Source: Ignavibacteria bacterium (GTDB lineage Bacteria > Bacteroidota > Ignavibacteria > Ch128b). Taken from it: a DNA stretch of 64,000 nucleotides. The stretch lies in the NCBI GenBank assembly GCA_026415235.1, contig JAOAHM010000070.1, forward strand, positions 826-64,825, given 5' to 3'. Both the position numbers and the translations under genes were made by a program. The notes under the pieces are model-generated. The model was given only the letters and a program-made list of their open reading frames with translations, ran no database searches and was not told the DNA's origin. Below, piece after piece: positions 29,126-37,864 of the stretch (the stretch's first letter is position 1; the number at the start of each line of letters is the position of its first letter).

Positions 29126-31138
29126 ATGAAAAAATTTATTCTTTCACAAATCCTTGCATTAGTACTTTTATCTTTTGTAAATCTATATTCTCAATCTCCA
29201 GAAATAATTCAACTTATTAATAAGGTTAATAAAGATTCTTTAACATTATATCTTCGCCAATTATCAGGTGATACAAGTTGTGTAATTGGTGGAGCTCCAT
29301 ATACGATTGTATCAAGACATAAAAATCAACCTGGTAATGATAAAGCGGGTCAATATATTTATGAAAAATTCCAATCCTGGGGTTATCAAGTTCAATACGA
29401 GAGTTTTAGTTCAACAGGAAAAAATGTGATTGCCACGAAGCCGGGATTATTTGATAGTCAAAAATATTTCATCGTTTGTGCTCACTATGATGACATGCCT
29501 TCTGGTACAACTGCACCTGGCGCAGATGATAATGCAAGTGGTACTGCAACAGTCTTAGAATTAGCACGAGTATTTGCTCAACATAATTTTAATTATACAA
29601 TTAAGTTTATGTGTTTTGATGAAGAAGAACAAGGTTTAGTCGGCTCTAATTATTACGCAACACAAGCAAGAAATAGAAACGATTCAATTATTGGTGTAAT
29701 AAATCTTGATATGACTGCCTACGATGCAAATAACGATGGTATGGTTGATGTTCATTCAAATAGTGTTGCAAACACTGCTCAAATTGCAAATGAGTGGATT
29801 AATAATATTAGTCAATATGGTATCGCTCTAACTCCAAGAACGGTTGCTTCACAACCTTACAGTGATCATTATAGTTTTCAACAAAAAAATTATGGAGCTA
29901 TTCTTGTTATTGAGTATGATTTGGAATTCAATCCAAGATATCATACTGTAAATGATAAAATTCAATACTTGAATATGAATTATGCTCATAAGATTGCTCA
30001 AGTCACAGCTGCGACTGCTGCTGAATATATTCAAATTGTTAATTCTAATACTGCTACATTCTTAACGAATTCAGGTTGGAACTTAATTTCCATTCCAATT
30101 AATCCAGCAGATGGGCGAAAATCGGTTTTATTCCCTACAGCAATCTCCTATGCTTATGCATACGATGGTTCCTATGTTATGCGAGATACTTTGCAAGTTG
30201 GTAGAGGGTACTGGCTCAAATTTAATTCAAGTCAAAACCATTCAATTTCTGGTCAAACGATTACTAACTTACAAATACCATTGAAACAAGGATGGAATTT
30301 AATTGGAACACTAAACGGAGTTATACCAGTAAATTCAATTACAACTAATCCACCAAATATCATCGCAAGTTTATTTTTCGAATACAATGGTGGATATTCT
30401 CAAGCTCAGCAACTTGAAAAAGGAAAAGGTTATTGGGTAAAGAGTTCTCAAAATGGAATTCTAAATCTTTCTTTAACAGGAAAATCAATTGCATCGAGTA
30501 ACTCACAATTAGTTAATTCAAAATATATATTATTATTTGAAACGGATAATGCGACTCAGAAATTATATCTCACCGAAGAAGTGTTGAATAAAGAATTTTA
30601 TGAAATGCCACCTGAACCACCCACCGGAGTTTTCGATGTAAGGTTTGCTGATAATTATTTAGTCAACAATCTTTTTACTGATGAATGTTTAATTAAAATA
30701 TCTTCGAATGGTAAACCAATCAATGTAAATTTGTTGAGTAGTAACGAAAGTGAACAAATTCAACTTAATTATTATTCCAATGGTAACTCTTATAAAATAG
30801 TTGTATCAAATAATCAAAAATTTGCTCTTCCAAGTGATGTTAGTTACATCAAAGTAAAAAAACTTTCTCAACCAAAAGAGTTTGTTTTGTCACAAAATTA
30901 TCCCAACCCATTCAATCCAAAAACAACTATTAACTTTAAATTACCAGAAGATGCAAAAGTTACATTAAAGGTTTATGATATTCATGGAAGAATAGTTGAA
31001 ACACTAATTGATGAGAATAAAAACGCTGGTAACCACTCAATCAATTTCGATGGTTCTAAGTATTCAAGTGGAATTTATTTTTATGAACTAAGTGCAGGTA
31101 AATACAAAGCAATCAAAAAAATGATGTTAGTTAAATGA
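29126..31138 (+). CDS. T9SS-secreted M28-family aminopeptidase P4 with the shared C-terminal cassette
   Basis: Signal peptide. M28 zinc-ligand motifs: CAHYDD, GADDNASGTATVLELAR, FDEEEQGLVGS, INLDM, YHTVND. It starts 18 nt after the P3 stop. Por CTD at the end. Confidence 0.9.
   Translation: MKKFILSQILALVLLSFVNLYSQSPEIIQLINKVNKDSLTLYLRQLSGDTSCVIGGAPYTIVSRHKNQPGNDKAGQYIYEKFQSWGYQVQYESFSSTGKNVIATKPGLFDSQKYFIVCAHYDDMPSGTTAPGADDNASGTATVLELARVFAQHNFNYTIKFMCFDEEEQGLVGSNYYATQARNRNDSIIGVINLDMTAYDANNDGMVDVHSNSVANTAQIANEWINNISQYGIALTPRTVASQPYSDHYSFQQKNYGAILVIEYDLEFNPRYHTVNDKIQYLNMNYAHKIAQVTAATAAEYIQIVNSNTATFLTNSGWNLISIPINPADGRKSVLFPTAISYAYAYDGSYVMRDTLQVGRGYWLKFNSSQNHSISGQTITNLQIPLKQGWNLIGTLNGVIPVNSITTNPPNIIASLFFEYNGGYSQAQQLEKGKGYWVKSSQNGILNLSLTGKSIASSNSQLVNSKYILLFETDNATQKLYLTEEVLNKEFYEMPPEPPTGVFDVRFADNYLVNNLFTDECLIKISSNGKPINVNLLSSNESEQIQLNYYSNGNSYKIVVSNNQKFALPSDVSYIKVKKLSQPKEFVLSQNYPNPFNPKTTINFKLPEDAKVTLKVYDIHGRIVETLIDENKNAGNHSINFDGSKYSSGIYFYELSAGKYKAIKKMMLVK
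30074..31135 (+). other. Shared C-terminal cassette, copy in P4
   Basis: Twin module at 30074-30469. EMPPEPPTGVFDVRF at 30602-30646. CTD at 30881-31135. Confidence 0.85.
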
Positions 31139-31171
31139 TCAAAGTAATTTTTATTAAACAATGGTGCTTCT

Positions 31172-34100
31172 ATGAAAAAAGTAACTTTATTTTTCGGTGT
31201 TTTATTTATTCTATTAAATCTTGGGTTAGCTCAATCGAATAAATATGCAAAGATTAAACTTAATCTTTCTGGTATAAGCGATTGGGAAAAATTACTCATC
31301 TCAGGTGTTGATATTCATTGTCAACTTGATAAGAAAAATTTGGATAAACCTGAGATTTGGGTTTCCTATGATGAAATGAATGAATTGAAAAAAGTAGGTT
31401 TAAGTTTTGAAATTATTATTTCTGATTGGGAAAATTACTACAAACAACAAAAGCAGAAAGATTTTGCTGATGAACAATTTTACCGAGAGAAATTTGGTAT
31501 TCAAGGTTTTCATTTTGGTTCAATGGGTGGATTTTACACTTTGAACGAGATTGTGGCAGAATTAGACTCAATGAAGTTACTCTATCCAAATTTAATAACA
31601 GAGAAAGTTTCGATTGGTAATTCGATAGAAAATAGACCAATATGGATGGTTAAGATTTCAGATAATCCAGATTTAAATGAAAATGAACCACAGGTTTTAT
31701 ATACAGCACTTCATCATGCTCGTGAGCCGCAAGGAATGATGACTGTGATTTATTACATGTATTATCTTTTAGAAAGATATGGCATTGATCCAGAAGTTAC
31801 TTACTTAGTGAATAATCGTGAAATTTATTTCATTCCTGTAGTAAATCCTGATGGATATGAATATAACAGAACGACAAACCCAAACGGCGGAGGAATGTGG
31901 AGAAAAAATAGACGAAATAATGGAGGTAGTTTTGGCGTTGATTTAAATAGAAATTATGGTCCTATGGCTTATTGGGATGCACCGAACGGTGGTTCAAGTA
32001 CATCTCCAAGTTCTGAAACTTATCGAGGTACAGCACCATTTAGTGAACCTGAAACAGCAGCAATCCGAGATTTTCTTTTAACTAAGGGAATCAAAGCTTG
32101 CTTAAATTATCATACTTATAGTAATCTTCTCATTTACCCTTACGGTGCGTTGAGTCGAGAAACTCCAGATTCGCTTATCTTTAGAGAATTTGCTCGAGAT
32201 ATGACAGCTTATAATGGTTATGTATATGGAACAGATATGCAAACAGTTGGTTACTCAACTCGTGGTAACTCAGATGATTATATGTATGATGGAGAACCTG
32301 TAAGCATTAGACCAAAAATTTTCGCAATGACTCCTGAAGTTGGTAGTTCAACTGATGGTTTCTGGCCTAACCAATCTCGTATCTATCCTTTAGCTATTGA
32401 AAATTTAAGACCAAATATTTATTACACATGGATTGCAGGTGAATATCCAAGCATTGCTTCAAAAACATTACAATCATCCAAAGGATATTTTGGACGAGGT
32501 GATACTATTAAGTTTATTGTAGAATTAAAGAATAAAGGTTTAGGTCATGCCTACAATGTGGGATTGAATTTTGAATCACTTTCGCCACATTTAACGATTA
32601 TAAGTAATGCTAACTTCTTCTTTGATACATTACTTTCAAGGTCAAGCAAGTCAAATCAAACAAACCCAGTTTTAATTAAAATATCGAATACAGTTCAAAA
32701 TGGTTCAAAACACCGTGTTGTGGCTAAAATTAGTTTAAATGGAACAGTTTTAATTTCAGATACAACCACAATCCTTGTGGGACAACCAACAGTTATAGTG
32801 TCTGACAATTTTGAAAGTGGTTTATCAAATTGGCAAACAACAAATACTTGGGGATTAACTCAAACTCAATATTATTCTCCAAACAATTCATTGACTGATT
32901 CACCTTCAGGAAATTATCCTAACAATGCAAATACTTATGTCAATCTAAATACTTTAATTGATTTAACTCAATCGAATGCAGCCACACTTGAATTTTGGAC
33001 TAAATGGGATATCGAAACAGGTTGGGATTTTGCTCAAGTTCGAATTTCAACTAATAATGGTTCAACTTGGATTCCATTGAGAGGTAAATATACTAAGAAT
33101 GGTTCAGGCAAAGGAGTTCAACCTGCAAATGAACCTGGTTATGATGGAACTCAAACTACATGGGTTAAAGAAGAAATGGATTTAACACCATACTTAGGTA
33201 AAATTTTAAGATTGCAATTTCTGTTAAAGAGTGATGGCTCTGTTCAAAAAGATGGTTGGTATATCGATGATGTAACGGTTAAAAGTTATCAAGTCACTTC
33301 AGGTTTAATTACATCAACATTTAATACTAATGCAGGATGGAATTTAATTTCGGTTCCTTTAATCGTTGAAGATTTTAGAAAATCAATTCTCTTTCCAACT
33401 TCTGTTTCTTACGCTTATTCATTTGACAATGGTTACATTGCTAAGGATACTCTGAAAAATGGCGAAGGATATTGGTTGAAATTCAATTCATCACAAGAAC
33501 ATACTCTAAACGGTTTAGATTTACCAAGTTTAAATATAAATCTTAAATCAGGTTGGAATCTGATTGGAAGTGTTAATGGAAATGTTTCTGTTTCATCATT
33601 AACCACAAATCCACCAAACATCATTCAAGGACAAATCTTTGGTTATAATAATGGATATCAACCAGTTAATTTACTGGAAAAAGGTAAAGCATATTGGGTT
33701 AAAAGTTCTCAACCAGGTACACTGACTTTGAACACAACTTTTTTGAAAGAGAGTGAAACTGTTAATGTCAAAAACGCCAATTTAATTTTGTTAAATGGAG
33801 ATGGACAACAATCTAAATTGCGCATCACTGATGATATAAACGAGCATCGTTTTGAGCTACCACCAGTTCCGCCATCAAAAATTTTCGATGCAAGATTTAA
33901 TGATAACTCATTTAATTCACATTTTGAGAATGAAGCAATAATAAATCTTAGTGGTGTTGTTCCTCCAATTAAAATCACTCTTTCAGAAAATTTAAATTCC
34001 TTATTTAGAATTACTGATTTATTTGATGGAAAGTTTGTTGATGAAGTGTTAAGCTCAAATAAGGAAGTGATAATAAATCAAAATATTAATCAATTAAAAA

Positions 34101-34387
34101 TTACTCGTTTAGAAAAACTTGTTTATACATTTGATTTAAGCCAAAATTATCCAAATCCATTCAATCCAAGTACCTTCATTAATTTTTCACTTCAATCCAG
34201 AACTAAAGTGAAGTTAATTGTTTATGATGTACTTGGAAATGAAGTTGCAACTTTAATTGATAATGAATTAGAAGAAGGGAAACATACCGTTAAATTTGAT
34301 GGAAGTCAGTTAGCATCTGGTGTTTACTTTTATAAACTAATAACTGACAAATTTACAGATATCAAGAAGATGGTTTTAATGAAATAA
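31172..34387 (+). CDS. T9SS-secreted M14-family zinc carboxypeptidase P5 with a MAM-like domain and the shared C-terminal cassette
   Basis: Signal peptide. M14 motifs: LHHAREPQG (HxxE), [22 protein letters not shown]/Ig-like region follows. The jelly-roll-like domain reads [11 protein letters not shown]...[16 protein letters not shown]...DGWYIDDV. Por CTD at the end. Confidence 0.9.
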   Translation: MKKVTLFFGVLFILLNLGLAQSNKYAKIKLNLSGISDWEKLLISGVDIHCQLDKKNLDKPEIWVSYDEMNELKKVGLSFEIIISDWENYYKQQKQKDFADEQFYREKFGIQGFHFGSMGGFYTLNEIVAELDSMKLLYPNLITEKVSIGNSIENRPIWMVKISDNPDLNENEPQVLYTALHHAREPQGMMTVIYYMYYLLERYGIDPEVTYLVNNREIYFIPVVNPDGYEYNRTTNPNGGGMWRKNRRNNGGSFGVDLNRNYGPMAYWDAPNGGSSTSPSSETYRGTAPFSEPETAAIRDFLLTKGIKACLNYHTYSNLLIYPYGALSRETPDSLIFREFARDMTAYNGYVYGTDMQTVGYSTRGNSDDYMYDGEPVSIRPKIFAMTPEVGSSTDGFWPNQSRIYPLAIENLRPNIYYTWIAGEYPSIASKTLQSSKGYFGRGDTIKFIVELKNKGLGHAYNVGLNFESLSPHLTIISNANFFFDTLLSRSSKSNQTNPVLIKISNTVQNGSKHRVVAKISLNGTVLISDTTTILVGQPTVIVSDNFESGLSNWQTTNTWGLTQTQYYSPNNSLTDSPSGNYPNNANTYVNLNTLIDLTQSNAATLEFWTKWDIETGWDFAQVRISTNNGSTWIPLRGKYTKNGSGKGVQPANEPGYDGTQTTWVKEEMDLTPYLGKILRLQFLLKSDGSVQKDGWYIDDVTVKSYQVTSGLITSTFNTNAGWNLISVPLIVEDFRKSILFPTSVSYAYSFDNGYIAKDTLKNGEGYWLKFNSSQEHTLNGLDLPSLNINLKSGWNLIGSVNGNVSVSSLTTNPPNIIQGQIFGYNNGYQPVNLLEKGKAYWVKSSQPGTLTLNTTFLKESETVNVKNANLILLNGDGQQSKLRITDDINEHRFELPPVPPSKIFDARFNDNSFNSHFENEAIINLSGVVPPIKITLSENLNSLFRITDLFDGKFVDEVLSSNKEVIINQNINQLKITRLEKLVYTFDLSQNYPNPFNPSTFINFSLQSRTKVKLIVYDVLGNEVATLIDNELEEGKHTVKFDGSQLASGVYFYKLITDKFTDIKKMVLMK
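33335..34384 (+). other. Shared C-terminal cassette, copy in P5
   Basis: Twin module at 33335-33730. [15 protein letters not shown] at 33854-33898. CTD at 34124-34384. Confidence 0.85.
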
Positions 34388-34390
34388 TTC

Positions 34391-34411
34391 AAGCCCCAGT
34401 TTTTGGGGCTT
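34391..34411 (+). terminator. Rho-independent terminator after P5
   Basis: AAGCCCCA (34391-34398), loop GTTTT, TGGGGCTT (34404-34411), followed by TATTATTTT. Confidence 0.8.
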
Positions 34412-34452
34412 TATTATTTTAAATTATTCTACACCAATAGAGGTATTCTGCC

Positions 34453-36876
34453 ATGAGGAAAATTTTTATTATTCTTTTACTTTTAACGGTAAATAGTCTT
34501 GCACAATTTCCAAATATTCGAGTAAGCCAACCATCAAGCACCGACCCAAATGAAACAAGCATTGCTATCAATCCGCTTGATACAAATAATTTAGTCGCTG
34601 GTGCAAACATTAGATATTATTACTATTCAACCGATGGTGGGTACACTTGGACACAAGGTAATTTAACATCACCACTTGGAGTTTGGGGTGATCCATGCGT
34701 TGTATTTGATTTGAATGGTCATTGTTATTTTGGCCATCTCTCAAATCCATCAAGCGGTGGATACTGGATTGATCGAATTGTAGTTCAAAAATCCACAAAC
34801 AAGGGAATTACTTGGTCAAGTGGTGTTGGAATTGGTTACAATCCACCAACTCGTAATCAAGATAAAGAATGGTTAGCAGTAGATTGGACCAACAGCCCTT
34901 ACAGAAATTATATCTATGTTGCTTGGACTGAATTTGATTCTTATGGCAGCTCCAATCCTCTCGACTCCACAAGAATATTATTCTCTCGTTCGACGGATGG
35001 AGGTTTAACTTGGTCTGCTCCCGTTAGAGTAAGTGATAAAGGTGGAGATTGTATTGATGAAGATAATACAGTTGAGGGAGCAGTGCCAGCAGTTGGACCA
35101 AATGGTGAGGTATATTTAGCCTGGGCTGGTCCACTTGGGTTGGTTTTTGACAAGTCTACAAATGGTGGTCTAACTTGGGGAGTTGATAAAGTTATTACTT
35201 CAATTCCAGGTGGATGGGATTTTAGTGTTCCTGGGATTTATCGCTGTAATGGATTGCCCATAACTGCTTGTGATATAAGTAATTCACCTTATCGAGGAAA
35301 TATTTATGTAAATTGGTCGGATCAAAGAAATGGTACAAATAATACGGATATCTTTTTTGTGAAATCAACGGATGGAGGAAATACTTGGAGTGCTCCCAAA
35401 AAGGTTAATCAAGATAATACCCAGACCCATCAATTTTTTACTTGGATGACGGTTGATCCTGCCACAGGTTATATTTACATCGTTTATTATGATAGACGAA
35501 ATTACACCGACAACCGCACTGATGTGTATCTGGCACGCTCCACTGATGGTGGTGAAACATTTACGGAATTCAAAATTTCGCAAACTCCTTTCACTCCAAC
35601 TGCTTCGGTTTTCTTTGGAGACTATACTGGAATTGCTGCATTGAATGGAAAAGTTTACCCAATTTGGACACGAATGGATAACGGACAAAGGAGCGTTTGG
35701 ATGGCAATTTTTCAGGATACAATCCGTGCTCAACCAACTTCCACTTTTTACCTAAGCGATGGTTGGAATTTACTCTCTGTTCCACTGAAGAGACAAAACA
35801 TGTTCTATAAAGATTTATTCCCTGGTTCAAATTCATTTGCATTCACTTATGATAATGGATATCAGAGAGAAGATACACTAAAAGTGGGGACAGGATATTG
35901 GTTGAAATTTGTAGTCCCTCAAAATGTCACACTTACTGGAACTCAACAAAATCAAATTTCTATCAATTTGAAGAGTGGATGGAATTTGATTGGTGGATTA
36001 AATGGAATCATTCCAACAAATTCTGTTCAGACCAATCCACCAGGAATTTTAGCTACACCATTTTATGAGTATAATCAAGGATATTCAGTAGCAAATCAAA
36101 TAGTAAAGGGGAAAGGATATTGGATTAAAGCGAACGCACCTGGTCAATTAATTCTAAGTATTTCAGGATTGACGAAAGGAAATGTTAACGAAAACATAAA
36201 TTATGATTACTTTGGAAGAATTGAATTTAGCTCTGATTTTTACAAATCCAAAGTCTATATTTCAGATAAAGTTATTGACAAATCATTTTTTGAATTACCA
36301 CCAAAACCACCTTCGAATATTTTTGATGTTAGATTTGATGATGAAACAAATTTAATTTATTTAGGTGAAGAAAAATTAATCACAGTTCAAACTGAAAATT
36401 TACCTGTGAAAATACAACTTAAAGGTAATGGTTCAATAAATTCTGTTTTAATCAAGTTCTTGTCTGGTAAAAATGTTGAGTTAAAATCAGACGAACAATA
36501 TTTAATTAGTAATCGTGATGAACTAAATTTCATCATATCAACGAAAAAAAATAGTCAGTCAACTGAAATATCACCAACTAACTTTAAGATGTCTGAAGTA
36601 TTTCCAAATCCTTTCAACTCTGTTGCTAAGATAAGATTTTATATTCCACGCAATGAAAATACAAACGATTACTTGGTTGAATTTCGATTTTATGATTTAC
36701 TTGGAAGATTAATTTCAACTGATTTTATTACTGTAAAATCAGGTTATCATGAATACACTTTTGATGCAAGTAGATTTAATCTAACTTCTGGTTTGTATTT
36801 TTGCGAGTTGATCGTACAAGATTTAACGACAAAAAAATTCTATCGTGAACTAAAGAAGATGAATTTTATTAAATGA
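34453..36876 (+). CDS. T9SS-secreted BNR/Asp-box six-bladed propeller protein P6 (sialidase-superfamily fold) with the shared C-terminal cassette
   Basis: Signal peptide (LLLLTVNSLAQF). Asp-boxes: STDGGYTW, STNKGITW, SRSTDGGLTW, KSTNGGLTW, KSTDGGNTW, ARSTDGGETF. The N-terminal part parallels P1 (FPNIRVS versus YPNIRVW). The Por CTD is divergent (VFPNPFNSVAKIRF...GLYFCEL...KKMNFIK). Confidence 0.9.
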   Translation: MRKIFIILLLLTVNSLAQFPNIRVSQPSSTDPNETSIAINPLDTNNLVAGANIRYYYYSTDGGYTWTQGNLTSPLGVWGDPCVVFDLNGHCYFGHLSNPSSGGYWIDRIVVQKSTNKGITWSSGVGIGYNPPTRNQDKEWLAVDWTNSPYRNYIYVAWTEFDSYGSSNPLDSTRILFSRSTDGGLTWSAPVRVSDKGGDCIDEDNTVEGAVPAVGPNGEVYLAWAGPLGLVFDKSTNGGLTWGVDKVITSIPGGWDFSVPGIYRCNGLPITACDISNSPYRGNIYVNWSDQRNGTNNTDIFFVKSTDGGNTWSAPKKVNQDNTQTHQFFTWMTVDPATGYIYIVYYDRRNYTDNRTDVYLARSTDGGETFTEFKISQTPFTPTASVFFGDYTGIAALNGKVYPIWTRMDNGQRSVWMAIFQDTIRAQPTSTFYLSDGWNLLSVPLKRQNMFYKDLFPGSNSFAFTYDNGYQREDTLKVGTGYWLKFVVPQNVTLTGTQQNQISINLKSGWNLIGGLNGIIPTNSVQTNPPGILATPFYEYNQGYSVANQIVKGKGYWIKANAPGQLILSISGLTKGNVNENINYDYFGRIEFSSDFYKSKVYISDKVIDKSFFELPPKPPSNIFDVRFDDETNLIYLGEEKLITVQTENLPVKIQLKGNGSINSVLIKFLSGKNVELKSDEQYLISNRDELNFIISTKKNSQSTEISPTNFKMSEVFPNPFNSVAKIRFYIPRNENTNDYLVEFRFYDLLGRLISTDFITVKSGYHEYTFDASRFNLTSGLYFCELIVQDLTTKKFYRELKKMNFIK
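35761..36873 (+). other. Shared C-terminal cassette, copy in P6
   Basis: Twin module at 35761-36156. ELPPKPPSNIFDVRF at 36292-36336. CTD at 36583-36873. Confidence 0.85.
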
Positions 36877-37802
36877 AGATATTATTTTTTGGTACACCCG
36901 AATTTGCAATTCCATCTCTCAAAATATTACTTGAAAATAATTATGAAATTGTTGCTGTTATAACAGTTCCAGATAAAGAAAAAGGTAGAGGATTAAAACT
37001 TGAACCATCACCAGTTAAATCTTTTGCATTAGAGAATAATTTAAAAGTCATTCAACCACAAAATTTGAAGGATGAAAAATTTTTAGATGAACTAAAAAAC
37101 TTAGAACCAGATTTAGGAGTTATAGTCGCCTACCGAATTTTACCTGTACAAGTTTATTCAATTCCAAAATTCGGTACATTCAATCTTCATGCATCGTTGT
37201 TACCTAAGTATAGAGGTGCAGCACCAATACAATGGGCATTAATTAATGGTGAAAAGGTAACTGGTGTTACAACTTTTTTCCTTCAAGAAAAAGTAGATAC
37301 TGGCAATATCATTTTACAACGAGAAGTTGAAATTAACGAAGATGATGATTTCAAAACATTGCACGATAAACTTTCAATTGTAGGTGCAGAATTAGTACTT
37401 GAAACAGTCAAACGCATTGAAGCAGGAAATTTTAAAACTCAACCACAAAATGATGCAGAAGCAACTTTAGCTCCTAAAATCACAAAAGAAATTTGTAAGA
37501 TTAATTGGAACCAACCAGCAATTAAAATCCATAATCTTGTTCGTGGCTTATCACCAATTCCAGCTGCTTTTACAATTTTTAATAGCAAGACTTTCAAAAT
37601 TTATAAAACGAAAGTAACTGAACTCGACTCAAACAACTCACCAGGCACAATTGAAATAATTAATGATGAATTGTTAGTAAACACTTCTGATAAAAAAATT
37701 TCAATTCTTGAAATCCAACCTGAATCAAGAAAAAGAATGAGTATAAAAGAATTCTTGTTGGGTTACAAAAATTTGTTTAGCACTGAATCTAAATTCGATT
37801 AG
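36873..37802 (+). CDS. fmt: Methionyl-tRNA formyltransferase
   Basis: 309 aa. Motifs ILFFGTPEFAIPSL, HASLLPKYRGAAPIQWA. The ATG overlaps the P6 stop (ATGA). Confidence 0.95.
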   Translation: MKILFFGTPEFAIPSLKILLENNYEIVAVITVPDKEKGRGLKLEPSPVKSFALENNLKVIQPQNLKDEKFLDELKNLEPDLGVIVAYRILPVQVYSIPKFGTFNLHASLLPKYRGAAPIQWALINGEKVTGVTTFFLQEKVDTGNIILQREVEINEDDDFKTLHDKLSIVGAELVLETVKRIEAGNFKTQPQNDAEATLAPKITKEICKINWNQPAIKIHNLVRGLSPIPAAFTIFNSKTFKIYKTKVTELDSNNSPGTIEIINDELLVNTSDKKISILEIQPESRKRMSIKEFLLGYKNLFSTESKFD

Positions 37803-37864
37803 TTAAAAAATTGTTAAGTAATTATTAGTGATAAATTTATCTCTTTCTTAAATTTGCATTTGAA

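Noticed and set aside
37830-37841. 12-nt perfect palindrome GATAAATTTATC upstream of the AdoMetDC-spermidine synthase gene
   Set aside because: It is composed almost entirely of A/T in an AT-rich genome. Chance occurrence is likely and nothing else supports a regulatory role.
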